Notes: generated from the sequence alone by a model not told the origin. 64,000 nucleotides of DNA from an uncultured Acidobacteriota bacterium (GCA_963777605.1 CAVZRV010000030.1:288001-352000), one strand, 5' to 3'; shown: positions 41,444 to 53,305, numbered from the stretch's first letter. Numbers and translations: made by a program.

Positions 41444-43121
41444 ATGGCGGTCCGGACTACGGTTCAATCTACCCCCATTCGAGCGCCGAGAGGAGCCCAG
41501 ATCAGCTGTCGAGGCTGGCACCAGGAGGCCGCACTTCGAATGCTGATGAACAATCTGGACCCGGAAGTCGCGGAGAAGCCGGAATCGCTGATAGTTTACG
41601 GCGGTGCGGGGAAAGCGGCGCGCAACTGGGAGTCCTATCACTGCATTGTCGAAACCCTGAAGCGACTGGGAAACGATGAGACGCTGCTGGTTCAAAGCGG
41701 CAAGCCGGTAGGGGTTTTCAAGACACACGACGAAGCTCCTCGCGTCCTGATCGCGAATGCGCACCTGGTTCCCCGCTGGGCCACCTGGGACGAGTTCCGC
41801 CGGCTCGAAGACACTGGGCCTCACCATGTACGGACAGATGACCGCCGGGTCCTGGATCTACATCGGAACCCAGGGAATTCTTCAGGGGACCTACGAGACC
41901 TTCGCGGAATGTGCGCGCCAGCACTTCGGTGGCACTCTCAAGGGGCGACTGGTGGTGTCGGCGGGTCTCGGAGGGATGGGCGGTGCCCAGCCGCTGGCGG
42001 CGACCCTGAACGGGGGAGTATTCCTCGGCGTCGAGGTGGACCCCGAGAGGATTCAGCGGCGAGTCCGTCAGGGATACTGTGACGTCTACATCAACGACCT
42101 GGATCACGCCCTGACGGTCATCGATGCGGCTCGTCGGGAGGAGCGGGCGGTTTCGATCGGGTTACTGGGTAACATCGCCGAAGTTCTCCCCGAACTGGTC
42201 CGGAGGGACGTAGTGCCCGATGTTCTGACTGACCAGACGTCGGCGCACGACCTGCGTGCCGGTTACATCCCGGCTGGAGTGACCTTGGCGGAGGCGGCCA
42301 ACCTGCGGGAGCACAACTACCCGGACTACGAAAAGGCCGTGCTGGATTCCATGGTCGTTCAGGTGGAAGCGATGTTGGAAATGCAGCGCCGGGGGGCGGT
42401 GACGTTTGACTACGGAAACAACCTTCGGGGACAGGTGGCCGATCGCCGGGGCCTGACCAATGCCTTCGACATTCCCGGGTTCGTGCCTCGCTTTATTCGC
42501 CCTCTGTTCTGCCGTGGCTCGGGTCCGTTCCGGTGGGTTGCACTTTCGGGAGACCCGGAGGACATTCGCATAACGGACGAGGCGGTGCTCGAGACGTTCC
42601 CGGAAAACGAGCCGTTGGGACGGTGGATTCGGGAGGCGCGCGACAAGGTCCACTTTCAGGGCTTGCCGGCGCGAATTTGCTGGTTGCAGTATGGCGACCG
42701 GGCCACGATGGGCCTCAAGTTCAACTGGCTGGTCAAGAAGGGGAAGGTGAAGGCTCCCATCGTCATCGGCAGGGACCACCTGGATGCCGGCTCGGTGGCT
42801 TCCCCCAACCGTGAGACTGAAGGCATGCGTGACGGTTCCGACGCGATCGCCGACTGGCCCTTGCTCAACGCGCTCCTGAATACGGCCTGTGGCGCCAGTT
42901 GGGTTTCGATCCACCACGGCGGGGGTGTCGGAATCGGCTATTCGATCCACGCCGGAATGGTCTGCGTTGCGGATGGGTCTGAACAGGCGGACCGTCGGCT
43001 GCAGCGGGTGCTCGATGCCGATCCGGGGACGGGGATTATGCGACATGCGGACGCTGGTTACCCGGAAGCCGAGGAAGCAGCCCGCATTCACCAACTTGAT
43101 CTGCCGATGCTCGGACGATGA
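41444..43121 (+). CDS. hutU: Urocanate hydratase, +1 frameshift near 41811
   Basis: [17 protein letters not shown] in the first frame. [21 protein letters not shown] and GRDHLD in the next frame. Confidence 0.93.
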
Positions 43122-44620
43122 GAACCCTCTCACTGGCCACTCTTGAAGCTGACCTGAACGCAAGCCTGGACGAGCTTTCACAGGACCCGTTCCGGGTTCG
43201 GGAATCCAGGCTGCGGGTCGAGTCCGCACTCGAGCACGGGGATGCCTTCTACGGTATCAACACGGGGTTCGGAGCCCTTGCTCAAAAGAGAATCGAAGCC
43301 GACCAGATCCGTGAACTTCAGCGAAACCTCATCCTGAGCCATGCCGTAGGCGTTGGCGACCCGGTTCCACGGGAGATCAGCCGGCTGATCCTAAAGCTGA
43401 AGATTCACTCGCTCGGGCTTGGTTACTCCGGTGTCTCACTTCCCACGTTTCGAAGGCTGATCGACTTAACCGAGGCCGATCTGATTCCGGTGGTGCCGAG
43501 CAAGGGAAGTGTTGGGGCATCGGGCGACCTGGCTCCGCTTGCTCACTTGTCGCTTCCTCTGATCGGGTTGGGTTATTTCTGGGACGCGGACGGAAAGTCC
43601 CCGGAGGCGGCGGGACCAGTGCTGGAGCGGCACGGACTTGTCCCGATCGAGTTGCAGGCCAAAGACGGACTTTCCCTGATCAACGGGACCCAGTTCATGG
43701 CCGCTTACGGGACGTGGGTGCTGGAAAAATCCCTCCGCCTGGTCCGGACGGCGGACCTCTTGGCGGCGATGAGCCTGGAGGCGCTGCAAGGCTCGGTCCG
43801 CCCTTTCGATGCCCGGATTCAGGAAGTCCGACCGCACCCGGGACAGATCCGAGTAGCGCGGAATGTGAGAAGGTTGCTCGAAAAGAGTGAGATTCTGGAA
43901 GCTCACCGGCACTGCGGAAAGATCCAGGATCCCTACTGCCTCCGCTGCGTTCCGCAAGTTCACGGGGCCAGTCGCGACGCCCTCAGCTACGCCGTCGGGA
44001 CGGTCGAGACCGAGATCAACTCGGCCACCGACAACCCGCTCGTCTTTTCGGATGGGACCATCATCAGCGGGGGCAACTTTCACGGTCAGCCTCTCGCCCT
44101 GGCTTTGGACACGAGTGCGATGGCCCTTGCCGAGTTGGCGTCCATTTCAGAGCGACGGACTTTCCTGCTGCTCGGCGGCCACGACGGTCTGCCCGCCCTG
44201 CTGATGCGCGAGACCGGCGTCAACTCAGGTTTCATGATTCCCCAGTACACGGCCGCCGCACTGGTTTCGGAGAACAAGGTGCTTTGCCACCCGGCCTCGG
44301 TTGACTCGATCCCGACCAGCCTGGGTCAGGAGGACCACGTCTCAATGGGCAGCATCTCGGCGCTGAAGCTCTACCAGGTCTTCCAGAATGTCGAGATGGT
44401 ACTGGCTGTGGAGCTCTTCACAGCCGCCCAGGCTCTCGATTATCGTCTTCCCCTGCGACCGGGAGTCGGGGTTGAGCAAGGCCATCAATTCGTTCGCGGC
44501 GTTGTAGGCCACCGCGAGCGTGACTACTACTACAAGGACGATCTGAACCACTGCTGGAAGTTGATTCGAAGCGGCGGCCTGCTGGATGCCGTGGAAACCT
44601 CGATCGGGGAGTTGGACTGA
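43118..44620 (+). CDS. hutH: Histidine ammonia-lyase
   Basis: YGINTGFG, the [12 protein letters not shown] triad, QDPYCLRC and GGNFHG motifs. Confidence 0.96.
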   Translation: MRTLSLATLEADLNASLDELSQDPFRVRESRLRVESALEHGDAFYGINTGFGALAQKRIEADQIRELQRNLILSHAVGVGDPVPREISRLILKLKIHSLGLGYSGVSLPTFRRLIDLTEADLIPVVPSKGSVGASGDLAPLAHLSLPLIGLGYFWDADGKSPEAAGPVLERHGLVPIELQAKDGLSLINGTQFMAAYGTWVLEKSLRLVRTADLLAAMSLEALQGSVRPFDARIQEVRPHPGQIRVARNVRRLLEKSEILEAHRHCGKIQDPYCLRCVPQVHGASRDALSYAVGTVETEINSATDNPLVFSDGTIISGGNFHGQPLALALDTSAMALAELASISERRTFLLLGGHDGLPALLMRETGVNSGFMIPQYTAAALVSENKVLCHPASVDSIPTSLGQEDHVSMGSISALKLYQVFQNVEMVLAVELFTAAQALDYRLPLRPGVGVEQGHQFVRGVVGHRERDYYYKDDLNHCWKLIRSGGLLDAVETSIGELD

Positions 44621-45837
44621 TGCCGGTCCTTCGCAAAATCGGGCTCCTGGTAACCGGACCGAAGCCTGATGACCCGGGTGAACTCGAGATCATTCCGCGG
44701 GCGGCTCTGGTCTGGACGGGAGAGCGCCTCGACTGGATCGGTCCGGAAAGGCAATTGCCGAGTCGCGCTGACGTTGAAGAGGAGGAGATCGATGCCGGCG
44801 GTGCGATGGTAATTCCGGGATTGGTGGACTGTCACACCCACCTCGCTTTCGGCGGTTGGCGGGAGCGCGAATTCGTGCTTCGGGCGCGCGGCGCCGGTTA
44901 CCTGGAAATCGCCCGGTCGGGTGGAGGAATTCGGGCTACTGTCGAGGCCACGCGGGCGGTCGAAGAGTCCGCGCTTCTCGATCGGTGCCTGCGCTTCCTG
45001 TCTGAGATGGCCCGACTCGGAGTCACTACCGTGGAGTGCAAGAGCGGTTACGGGCTCGACCTGGAGACGGAGTTGAAGATCCTTGAGGTCTATCGACTGG
45101 CGGCTGAGCGCCAGCCGGTCCGGCTCGTCCCCACCCTGCTTGCGGCGCATGCCCTGCCCGAGGAGTACCGGGAGCGTCGGCCGGAGTATGTCGAGTACGT
45201 TTGCCGCTCCCTGATCCCGACCGTCTCCCGGCTGGGGCTGGCTGAGTTTTGCGATGTGTTTGTCGAAGAAGGTGCTTTCACGGCAGAAGAGGGACGGGCC
45301 ATCCTGAATGTGGCCATCGACTGCGGGCTTGCGGTCAAACTCCACGCCGAGCAGCTCTCCGATTCGGGCGGCGCGCTCCTGGCCGGCCGGCTTCGGGCGG
45401 CCTCGGCGGATCACCTGGAACGGGTCTCGGACGAGGGGATCCAGGCCCTGGTGGAGGGCGGAGTGACGGCAGTGATCCTGCCCCTGGCCTCCCTCTATCT
45501 TCGCCAGCCGCCGACCGATGCGCGCAGACTGCTCGACGCCGGGCTCGCGGTGGCGGTCGCCACCGACTTCAACCCTGGATCGGCCCCCAGTTACCACTTG
45601 CCGCTGGCGATGATGCTGGCCTGCGCTCAGTCGGGGATGACTCCGTCGGAAGCGTTAATCGGGGCGACCGCCGCGGCCGCCCGTGCCCTGCGCTTGGACC
45701 GGGAAATCGGTACGCTGGAAATCGGGAAGTCGGCCGACTTCGCCATCGTCGATGCTGAGAGTCCGGATCACTGGCTCTATCACTTTCGACCAAACGCTTG
45801 CCGGAAGACGTGCGTTCGTGGGAGGGTTCTGAGCTGA
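44620..45837 (+). CDS. hutI: Imidazolonepropionase
   Basis: PGLVDCHTH, GGGI, KSGYGL, HAEQ and ATDFNPGS motifs. Confidence 0.95.
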   Translation: MPVLRKIGLLVTGPKPDDPGELEIIPRAALVWTGERLDWIGPERQLPSRADVEEEEIDAGGAMVIPGLVDCHTHLAFGGWREREFVLRARGAGYLEIARSGGGIRATVEATRAVEESALLDRCLRFLSEMARLGVTTVECKSGYGLDLETELKILEVYRLAAERQPVRLVPTLLAAHALPEEYRERRPEYVEYVCRSLIPTVSRLGLAEFCDVFVEEGAFTAEEGRAILNVAIDCGLAVKLHAEQLSDSGGALLAGRLRAASADHLERVSDEGIQALVEGGVTAVILPLASLYLRQPPTDARRLLDAGLAVAVATDFNPGSAPSYHLPLAMMLACAQSGMTPSEALIGATAAAARALRLDREIGTLEIGKSADFAIVDAESPDHWLYHFRPNACRKTCVRGRVLS

Positions 45838-46201
45838 AACTTCAATTTGGATGAACTGGAGAATCTGGATGAATTGGCTGCGTCTGGATGGAGACGGAGG
45901 CGATGGGTGGAGAGCCAGGGACGCGATTATCGGCTGGATACTGTTTCCTGGCCGGTGCCAGACGTGGATGAGTGATGATCACAGGATCGGCGCCGGGCTG
46001 GCCCCCGAAGGGGGCCTGTTTCCAGCCCAGGCATTTGCCTGGGTTCACGGTCCACCCATCAAGAATCCAGCCCTGAAGGGGCTGACCACCTCTTCGGGTG
46101 AGGTGAATCCGGGGCGCGACCTTACAGGCCGCAATCGAAGTGCAGGACCACAGACCCAGGGCCAGCTCTGGGCTGAAACCAAGGCGCCCGGTCCAGTTTC
46201 A
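45835..46201. repeat. TGAAACT...AGTTTCA-bounded palindromic element C
   Basis: Diverged second copy of 19846-20216. It begins at the hutI TGA stop and separates hutI from hutG. Confidence 0.85.
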
Positions 46202-46242
46202 CTTCTGCGTGTGGTCTTCGCAGCGCGGAGGGGTGGGCTGAT

Positions 46243-47205
46243 TTGAACACAACCGAGTTTGTGCCGCCGAGACTGCCTGAAGTCGGTTACGACCCGGATG
46301 ATCTCCGCGTGGGCTCCGTGATCGGCACCGCCCTCGGCGGGGGAGGCTGGGAACTCGTTCTGATCGGATTCCCAAGTGACGAGGGCGTGCGCCGAAATCA
46401 TGGTCGCCCGGGCGCGGCGGAGGCACCGGACGAGATTCGGCGAAACTTTTACCGCTCGACGCTCCCCGCCGGGAACAGCCGTTTTCGGGAATTGCTTCGC
46501 CGGACCCGGGACTTCGGAAACCTGCGGATGAGCGGGAACCTGGAATCGGACCAGGATCGGCTGGGGAAAGTAGTGGGAGGCTTGTTGAGCGAGGGGATCC
46601 TGGTGGCGATTCTGGGCGGGGGACACGAAACCGCCTTTGGGCATTTCCTGGGCTATGTCGCGGCGGGTCGGCCGGTACACATCGTCAACTGGGATGCGCA
46701 TCCCGATGTCCGCCCGCTCAGGAATGGCGTTGGGCATTCGGGGTCTCCGTTTCGGCAGGCGCTTGAGCACCCATCGGGGAGCTGTCTCTCCTACTCGGTA
46801 CTGGGGATTCAGGAGCGCTCGAGCGTGGAATCCCACCTCGAGTTTGTTCGCGACCGGGGTGGGAAGGTCGTCCCGATCGATGGCCTGGGACCGGATGCGG
46901 GGCAGCGTATTCTCGACCAGCTGGAGGGGCCTGTGATGGTCTCCTTCGACCTGGACGTCGTCGATCAGGCCTATGCCCCAGGGGTCAGCGCACCGGCGAC
47001 GGGCGGGATGAGCAGCCGGGAATGGCTTCAGGCGGCACGGGCTGCGGGGCGGTGTGCAGCCGTCACTTCGGTGGATTTCGTGGAGGTCTGCCCGACGCTG
47101 GACCGAGACCGCCAGACCAGCCGCCTGGCGGCGGCCGGTCTGTGGAATTTCCTCTGTGGAGTCAGCCTCCGGGACTCCCGGGTCCGGGAGTCCCGGCAGA
47201 CTTAA
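46243..47205 (+). CDS. hutG: Formimidoylglutamase (arginase family)
   Basis: DEGVRRN.GR.GA, GGGHE, DAH.D.R, SG.PF and DLD...APGVSA motifs. Located in the hut operon. Confidence 0.9.
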   Translation: MNTTEFVPPRLPEVGYDPDDLRVGSVIGTALGGGGWELVLIGFPSDEGVRRNHGRPGAAEAPDEIRRNFYRSTLPAGNSRFRELLRRTRDFGNLRMSGNLESDQDRLGKVVGGLLSEGILVAILGGGHETAFGHFLGYVAAGRPVHIVNWDAHPDVRPLRNGVGHSGSPFRQALEHPSGSCLSYSVLGIQERSSVESHLEFVRDRGGKVVPIDGLGPDAGQRILDQLEGPVMVSFDLDVVDQAYAPGVSAPATGGMSSREWLQAARAAGRCAAVTSVDFVEVCPTLDRDRQTSRLAAAGLWNFLCGVSLRDSRVRESRQT

Positions 47206-49956
47206 GAGTTTGGGATCGTCGGTGTTGAGTTCGCGGCCGGCGGATCGACCTCAACCACGTAGTTGAACCCGCTCAGTAACCGGATCGTGTAGTTCCCATT
47301 GTCGTCACTCTGGGCCGTCGGCTGAGAAAACCGCGTTGGGTGTTCCCACGAGTCCTCCGGTGGTCGTGGCCGAGACGGTCGCTTCCTTCACCGGGCTTCC
47401 ATTTGGGTCCGTGATCATTCCCGAAACGACAACGGTCGCCGACTTGGCTGGAACCGCGCGGTTGAGCGTATTGGTTTCCTGACTGAACGTGCGTCGATCG
47501 GAACCGGGGAGAGGCGCGGACGTGGTGCCGTCGGTATCGGTGATCGGGACCGCGCCGAGCACATCGTAGGTCTTGTTCTTGACCAGGGTCAGCTGGTAGT
47601 CCCCGTCAGCCGTCGGCTGGGAGAAGCTGGCACCGATACCGGCAATAGGAACGCATTGGGTGACGATGGCATTGGACGGGAACGCCAGGTCAAAGGCCAG
47701 GACCTGCGATTCGCTGAAATCGACCGTGTTGGGCTGGGAGAGCTTGCCGCTCACGGTAGCCAGGTCGGGAAGTGCCAGGTTCACTCCGGTGACGGGCGAC
47801 CCGGCCACGGTGATGCTTCCGATATTCCACAAGATCGCCAGTTGCTGGTAAGTGTCGGGAATGCCGTCTCCGCTAGTATCGTCACCCTGGCCCCAGGCCA
47901 GGCCGGCGGTGTAGGTTCCCGCCGACAATCGCACGGAGAACGCTCCCGAATCGTCGAGGGTACTGAACGCCTGGGTCGTGGTATTGTCCGAGGCCAGCAC
48001 CAGAAAGAGTGTTTGAGACAACGGCGTCACAGGTAGTTCGCCGAGGTTGGTGACGGTTCCAGTAACCACGCGGTACTGGGGCGATGAGACCTCGACATCC
48101 TGAGCCGTGTCACCGTTGACGATGACGTTCTGGGTTTGTCCGGCCTGAAGGACAGCCGAGTAGTCTAGATTCGCCGCCGGGGCGATTCCAGACTCGAAAG
48201 GAAGTCTCGAATTATTGACGTCAACCGCGCAGGCACGGACCAGGTAGGTGCCTTTCGGAACGACCATCGAATACTCGTAGGTCACCGACGGGAACTGGAT
48301 GACGACATTGGTGGAGGTCGTGAGAACGTCGCCTGCCGGGCTGATGGCCTGGACGAAGCCGATCGGGTAGAAGGTGCCGCCGGAACCTTCGACTGCGCCG
48401 CTCAACTTGTAGCCGGCGTCGAGCTGGACGTTGAAGTCGGACGTATCAGCATTGAAATTCAGCCCTTCGATCGTCTTGCGAAGCAGGTTGGACTTCGAAG
48501 GCGTTGGGCTGTTCCCCTGGTCCGGGACTCCCTCCAGAACCGGGAGCGTGGTCAGGTTGGCCGTGGAAAGCTGCTGCCGGAGGCTCAGCGCGGTTACCGG
48601 CAGCGTCGATTCCAGGTTGAGCTGTCCCTGGACGTCGGTAACGGAGGGGAACAGTTCGGCGGACTGGACGAAAACCGAAATGTGCCCGTACGCGGGGATC
48701 GTGAGTTCCTTCTGGGCGGTAGTTGAACTGTCGCTCTTGAGGAAGGTGACCTGGACCTGCGTGCTGTCGGGATTCGGGTTGAAAATCGCCACGCCCGTGT
48801 TGAAGCCTCCGGTGAGATCGACCGGGAGGCTGAACTGGGTTCCCAGGGGGGAATCGCCAACACCAGCCTCAACCGTCACCGTTCCCTGCGCGTTCAAAAG
48901 ACTGAAGACCGCGGTGACCCCGATCGGTGCGTCCGAGGTGACCTGGGCCGCACCGGTGGTGATGGCGCCCTGGGCATCGGTTTCCACGAAGACCGCCCCT
49001 CCGGCCGGGATCTCGAGGTCGAATTCACTCCCGGTCTCCCCATTCGAGAGGCCGACTGAGAGGGGGTTCCCGCTGTCGTTTGTGAGCGAGAGGTGAGCGG
49101 TGGCCTCAGTCCCCAGGCTGAAAAAGATGAACTGGGTCTTGATCCCCAGCGTGCCCGCGAAACCGTTGGCGACGTTGGAGAGGTTGAACTTCCGCTGGTT
49201 GGATGTAGTTGCGACTGCGGGAAGAGTCGTCAGGGGAGCCGTGCTCGCAGTGTTCTGGCGCAATGTCAGTGCCGAAACCTGGGTCACACTCGAGGACACT
49301 ACGAGCCGGCCTTCAAAGTTCACCGCGTCGGGGAAGAGACCGCCGTCTCCCGCAACGAATTTCGCCAGGTGCCCCTGTTGCGGGATGGTGACGTCATTCC
49401 GGGTCGCATGCTGGTTCCCGTTCTTGTCGATGAGAGTCAGGGTCAAGGTCGTTGATTCAAACCCAAGGTTTTGAATGGCGACGCCGGTGTTGAACGGTTG
49501 CTTGGTGTCAACCGCGATCGAGAATTCAGAAACCGCCTGCGAAGCGCCGATCCCGGCTTCGGTCAACAGAGTGGAGCCACCTCCCTCCAGGAAGGAGAAG
49601 ACTGCTGCCACCCCGATATCGGACGTTGCGGTCACCAGGCCGGAGCCGATTTTGAGGTCACCCGAGGGGTCACTCGTGAAGAAGCGGCTCTCGCGGGCGG
49701 GCAGCGTAAAGACTTTGATCGAGTCCCCGGTCATCCCCGGAATCGACAGACTCATGGAGTTCCCGCTGTCATCAGTCAACTTCAGTGTAACGATAGACTC
49801 TGTATCACTGTTGTTGACGAAGATAAACGTGGTGCGGATCACGTTGCCTCCGCTGGCAATCTGCGGCAGGCGGTAGACTCCCTGGGCGTATGCCGTGGAA
49901 AACAGGACAAGTGTCGCCAGTGAAAACAAAAACAGAAGAGAAAAGCCCCTTTTCAT
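47202..49956 (-). CDS. Large secreted beta-rich repeat protein, +1 frameshift near 47313
   Basis: Signal peptide, two ~225-aa repeats, then carboxypeptidase-regulatory-like modules. The last module (SDDNGNYTIRLLSG...PNS*) continues in the next frame to TAA at 47202. Confidence 0.8.
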
Positions 49957-50161
49957 ATGACCCCCTCAAGGTGAGTTTTAGACATCCAATGAAGGCATTT
50001 TATTCCAATTCAAGTCAATCTCAACTCCAATTCCACACTGAGTGATTTGGAAAGGAGGCGGTTTGTGGCTGGCCGACTTCCCTTTGAACGATGGAATTGA
50101 TACCTTCTTGGGATCTTGGGCAGCCGTTTGTAAATCAACTGATTATCCGGAGGCGTGTGTG

Positions 50162-51283
50162 ATGAAGATCGCGGTTGCGAAAGAATTGACCGTGCAGGAC
50201 CGCCGGGTCCCGATAATTCCGGCAAGTGTGAAGAAATTGGTGGATATGGGCGCCGAGCTGGCGATTGAGTCGGGCCTCGGCTTGAGCGTGGGATATTCTG
50301 ATTCCGAGTATCAGAATGCAGGTGCGCAGGTTTCGAGGGACCGCAGTTCGCTGTTGAAGACTGCGGAGATGGTCCTCCGGTTGGGAAAGCCGTCGGCCGA
50401 AGAAATTGACGAACTCCCATCGGGTGCAATCCTTGTCAGCTACCTGGATCCGTTCAACGCGAAGCCGTCGCTCGGCCGGTTGGCGAAACGCGGAGTCACT
50501 GCGCTCTGCATGGAACTGATTCCGAGGACGACGATTGCCCAGAAAATGGATGCCCTGAGCTCCCAGGCCAACCTGGCGGGTTACGTGGCGGTAATTCTGG
50601 CGGCAGACAACTCCCCGAAGATTCTGCCCATGATGAGCACACCGGCGGGAACCATTTCGCCGGCCCGTGTTTTCGTGATTGGTGCAGGCGTCGCGGGCCT
50701 GCAGGCAATCGCAACTGCGAAGCGACTCGGGGCCATCGTGGAGGCTTACGATACCCGGCCCGTAGTTGAAGAGCAGGTCCGCTCGGTCGGCGGACGATTC
50801 GTCAAGTTTGACATCGGGGATACCGGAGAAACGGAGCAGGGATACGCCCGTGAATTGACCGAGGAACAGTTGGCTCGCCAGCGCGAGGCCATGGCCAAGC
50901 ACTGCGAGAAATCCGACATTCTCATCACTACCGCCCAGGTGTTTGGGCGACAGGCACCCCGGATCGTGACCGAGGAGATGGTGAAGCGGATGCGTCCTGG
51001 CAGTGTGATTGTCGATCTGGCCGCCGATTCAGGGGGGAACGTCGCCGGAAGCAAGCCTGGCGAGATCGTCGAAACAGACGGGGTCAAAATTGTCGGGCTC
51101 GGGCCGTTGCCGGCGAGGGTTGCGGTTGATGCCAGCCAGATGTACTCGAGTAATGTGGTTAACCTGGTCGGTCATTTTTGGGACAAGGAGTCGAAACGAT
51201 TCGTCCTCAAGCTGGACGACGAGATTATCAAAGGGTGCCTGGTGACCCACCAGGGCGAAATCTGCCACGAATTGTTTAAGTGA
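50162..51283 (+). CDS. pntA: NAD(P) transhydrogenase alpha subunit, part 1
   Basis: GGAGG RBS. PRTTIAQKMDALSSQ, GAGVAGLQAI and VDLAA..GGN motifs. Confidence 0.95.
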   Translation: MKIAVAKELTVQDRRVPIIPASVKKLVDMGAELAIESGLGLSVGYSDSEYQNAGAQVSRDRSSLLKTAEMVLRLGKPSAEEIDELPSGAILVSYLDPFNAKPSLGRLAKRGVTALCMELIPRTTIAQKMDALSSQANLAGYVAVILAADNSPKILPMMSTPAGTISPARVFVIGAGVAGLQAIATAKRLGAIVEAYDTRPVVEEQVRSVGGRFVKFDIGDTGETEQGYARELTEEQLARQREAMAKHCEKSDILITTAQVFGRQAPRIVTEEMVKRMRPGSVIVDLAADSGGNVAGSKPGEIVETDGVKIVGLGPLPARVAVDASQMYSSNVVNLVGHFWDKESKRFVLKLDDEIIKGCLVTHQGEICHELFK

Positions 51284-51294
51284 GGTGAGATGAT

Positions 51295-51591
51295 ATGAAT
51301 GCCGAGTTTGTCTACCTGGCCTTCATTTTGATGCTTTCGATTTTTCTCGGCTTTGAGTTGATCTCGAAGGTTCCAGCGACCCTGCATACTCCGCTTATGT
51401 CGGGTTCCAACGCCATTTCGGGGATTACGATTGTCGGAGCCCTGATTGCAGCGGGGGGAGAGAACCAGCAGCTCAGTATTATCCTGGGGACCTTGGCCGT
51501 TGTTTTCGCCACGATTAACGTAGTCGGTGGTTATCTGGTGACCAACCGGATGCTGTCCATGTTCAAGAAGAAAGAGGATGGAAAGAAATGA
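51295..51591 (+). CDS. pntA: NAD(P) transhydrogenase alpha subunit, part 2 (membrane)
   Basis: VPATLHTPLMSGSNAISG and INVVGGY.VT.RM motifs. Confidence 0.95.
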   Translation: MNAEFVYLAFILMLSIFLGFELISKVPATLHTPLMSGSNAISGITIVGALIAAGGENQQLSIILGTLAVVFATINVVGGYLVTNRMLSMFKKKEDGKK

Positions 51592-52979
51592 GCGTACCGA
51601 TCGAACTCACTTACATCCTCTCGGCACTGCTGTTCGGAATTGGCCTGAAGCTGATGAGCTCGCCGGCGACCGCCCGGCAGGGAAACCTATTGTCGGCTTT
51701 CGGGATGTTTCTCGCCGTGGTGGCTACCCTGTTCTACCAGGGCATCATTGATTACCGTTACATAGCCGTCGGCATTGTTGTCGGGTCGATCATCGGCGTG
51801 CTGGCGGCGCGGTTCGTCGCCATGACTGCCATGCCAGAAATGGTGGCTCTGCTGAACGGTTTCGGAGGCATTGCCAGTCTGCTCGTGGGTTGGGCCGAGT
51901 ATCATAATAATGTCACCCCGGACACGTATGCGGCTGTTACGATTTTCTTGACCGTCCTGATCGGCGGCGTGACTTTCTCGGGAAGCGTGATTGCGTGGGC
52001 CAAGCTTAAAGAATTCTGGATCGGGAACTTCGGTATCAGCCGGCCGCTTATTTTCAAGGGGCAGCATATCTTCAACTCGGGACTGGTACTCGCGATTCTG
52101 GCCAGCGGCGTCACCTTTGTGATCAGCGTCGAGTACGGCTACACCGCGTTCGGGATCCTCATCGGACTTTCGTTCCTGCTCGGAATCATGGCTGTCATGC
52201 CAATCGGCGGCGCGGACATGCCGGTCGTTATCTCCCTGTTGAACTCTTACTCCGGAATGGCGGCATGTGCGGCCGGTTTCGTTATCGAGAACAACATCCT
52301 GATTGTGGCCGGATCCCTTGTCGGTGCCAGTGGCATCTTCCTGACCAGCATCATGTGCAAGGCTATGAATCGGTCACTTGCCAACGTCCTGTTCTCCGGA
52401 TTTGGTGCCGTCACTGCGAGCGGCGGAAGCAAGGGGGGGGAACAGGGCGAGGTTCGGCCGATTTCGGTTGGGGACACCTATCTGCTGCTCGAGGCCGCCA
52501 GTTCGGTCGTCTTTGTTCCCGGATATGGTCTGGCAGTTGCCCAGGCTCAGCATGCGGTGCATGAACTGAGTGAATTGCTCGAAGAAAATGGCTGTGAAGT
52601 CCGCTTTGCGATTCACCCGGTGGCCGGCCGAATGCCCGGCCACATGAACGTTCTGCTCGCCGAGGCCAACGTTCCTTACGACAAGCTGGTGGAACCGGAC
52701 GACGTCAATCCCACCATGGAGATGGTTGATGTCTGCATGGTGGTGGGAGCAAACGACGTCGTCAACCCGGCAGCTCGTGATGACGAAACCAGTGCCATCT
52801 ACGGAATGCCGATCGTTGAGGTCGATCGGGCGCGAACCTGCATCGTTATGAAGCGGTCGATGGCAACCGGATTTGCAGGAATCCAGAACCCGCTCTTTTT
52901 CAACGAAAATACGCGAATGCTTTTCGGCGACGCAAAGGCCTCCATGCAGGGCCTGGTTTCCGAGTTCAAGCGCGACTAG
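51588..52979 (+). CDS. pntB: NAD(P) transhydrogenase beta subunit
   Basis: MTAMPEMVA, IGGADMPVVIS, HPVAGRMPGHMNV and GANDVVNP motifs. Confidence 0.96.
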   Translation: MSVPIELTYILSALLFGIGLKLMSSPATARQGNLLSAFGMFLAVVATLFYQGIIDYRYIAVGIVVGSIIGVLAARFVAMTAMPEMVALLNGFGGIASLLVGWAEYHNNVTPDTYAAVTIFLTVLIGGVTFSGSVIAWAKLKEFWIGNFGISRPLIFKGQHIFNSGLVLAILASGVTFVISVEYGYTAFGILIGLSFLLGIMAVMPIGGADMPVVISLLNSYSGMAACAAGFVIENNILIVAGSLVGASGIFLTSIMCKAMNRSLANVLFSGFGAVTASGGSKGGEQGEVRPISVGDTYLLLEAASSVVFVPGYGLAVAQAQHAVHELSELLEENGCEVRFAIHPVAGRMPGHMNVLLAEANVPYDKLVEPDDVNPTMEMVDVCMVVGANDVVNPAARDDETSAIYGMPIVEVDRARTCIVMKRSMATGFAGIQNPLFFNENTRMLFGDAKASMQGLVSEFKRD

Positions 52980-52980
52980 C

Positions 52981-53016
52981 GGGTTTCTGGTTCCGGGTTC
53001 CTGGTTCTGGTTCGGG
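52981..53016 (+). repeat. Degenerate GTTCCTG heptamer tandem repeat
   Basis: GGGTTTCTGGTTCCGGGTTCCTGGTTCTGGTTCGGG immediately after the pntB stop. Confidence 0.6.
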
Positions 53017-53270
53017 AATCGGGAGGCGCAGTCCAGCCCGGAGGGCGGAATGGAGTTGCCCAGGATGGAGCCGAAGGCGGAATCCTGGGTCTCCAGCTTA
53101 GCTCTATGCTTGAGTCCCGCTCTGCGGGACGACATGGCCGAATAGAATCCGTGTTGTTTCTACCGGGGAACGGAGGCAACGGAAGCTTTCGCTTCCTGAC
53201 CTCGGCCGCAGGTAAAACAGCGACTGGCAAAAGCGGAACCTGTCGATTCCGCACTCCAAATGGCGCAATT

Positions 53271-53305
53271 TTGGCTTGGATGAAGGCCGCCTTCATCCAG
53301 GCCAA
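53271..53305. terminator. Long palindrome between convergent pntB and M14 genes (possible terminator)
   Basis: TTGGCTTGGATGAAGGC-C-GCCTTCATCCAGGCCAA. No clear U-tract. Confidence 0.4.

Noticed and set aside
47305-47307. TGA as selenocysteine or readthrough in the large secreted protein
   Set aside because: The continuation is in a different frame, and a one-base indel in the GGG run explains it.
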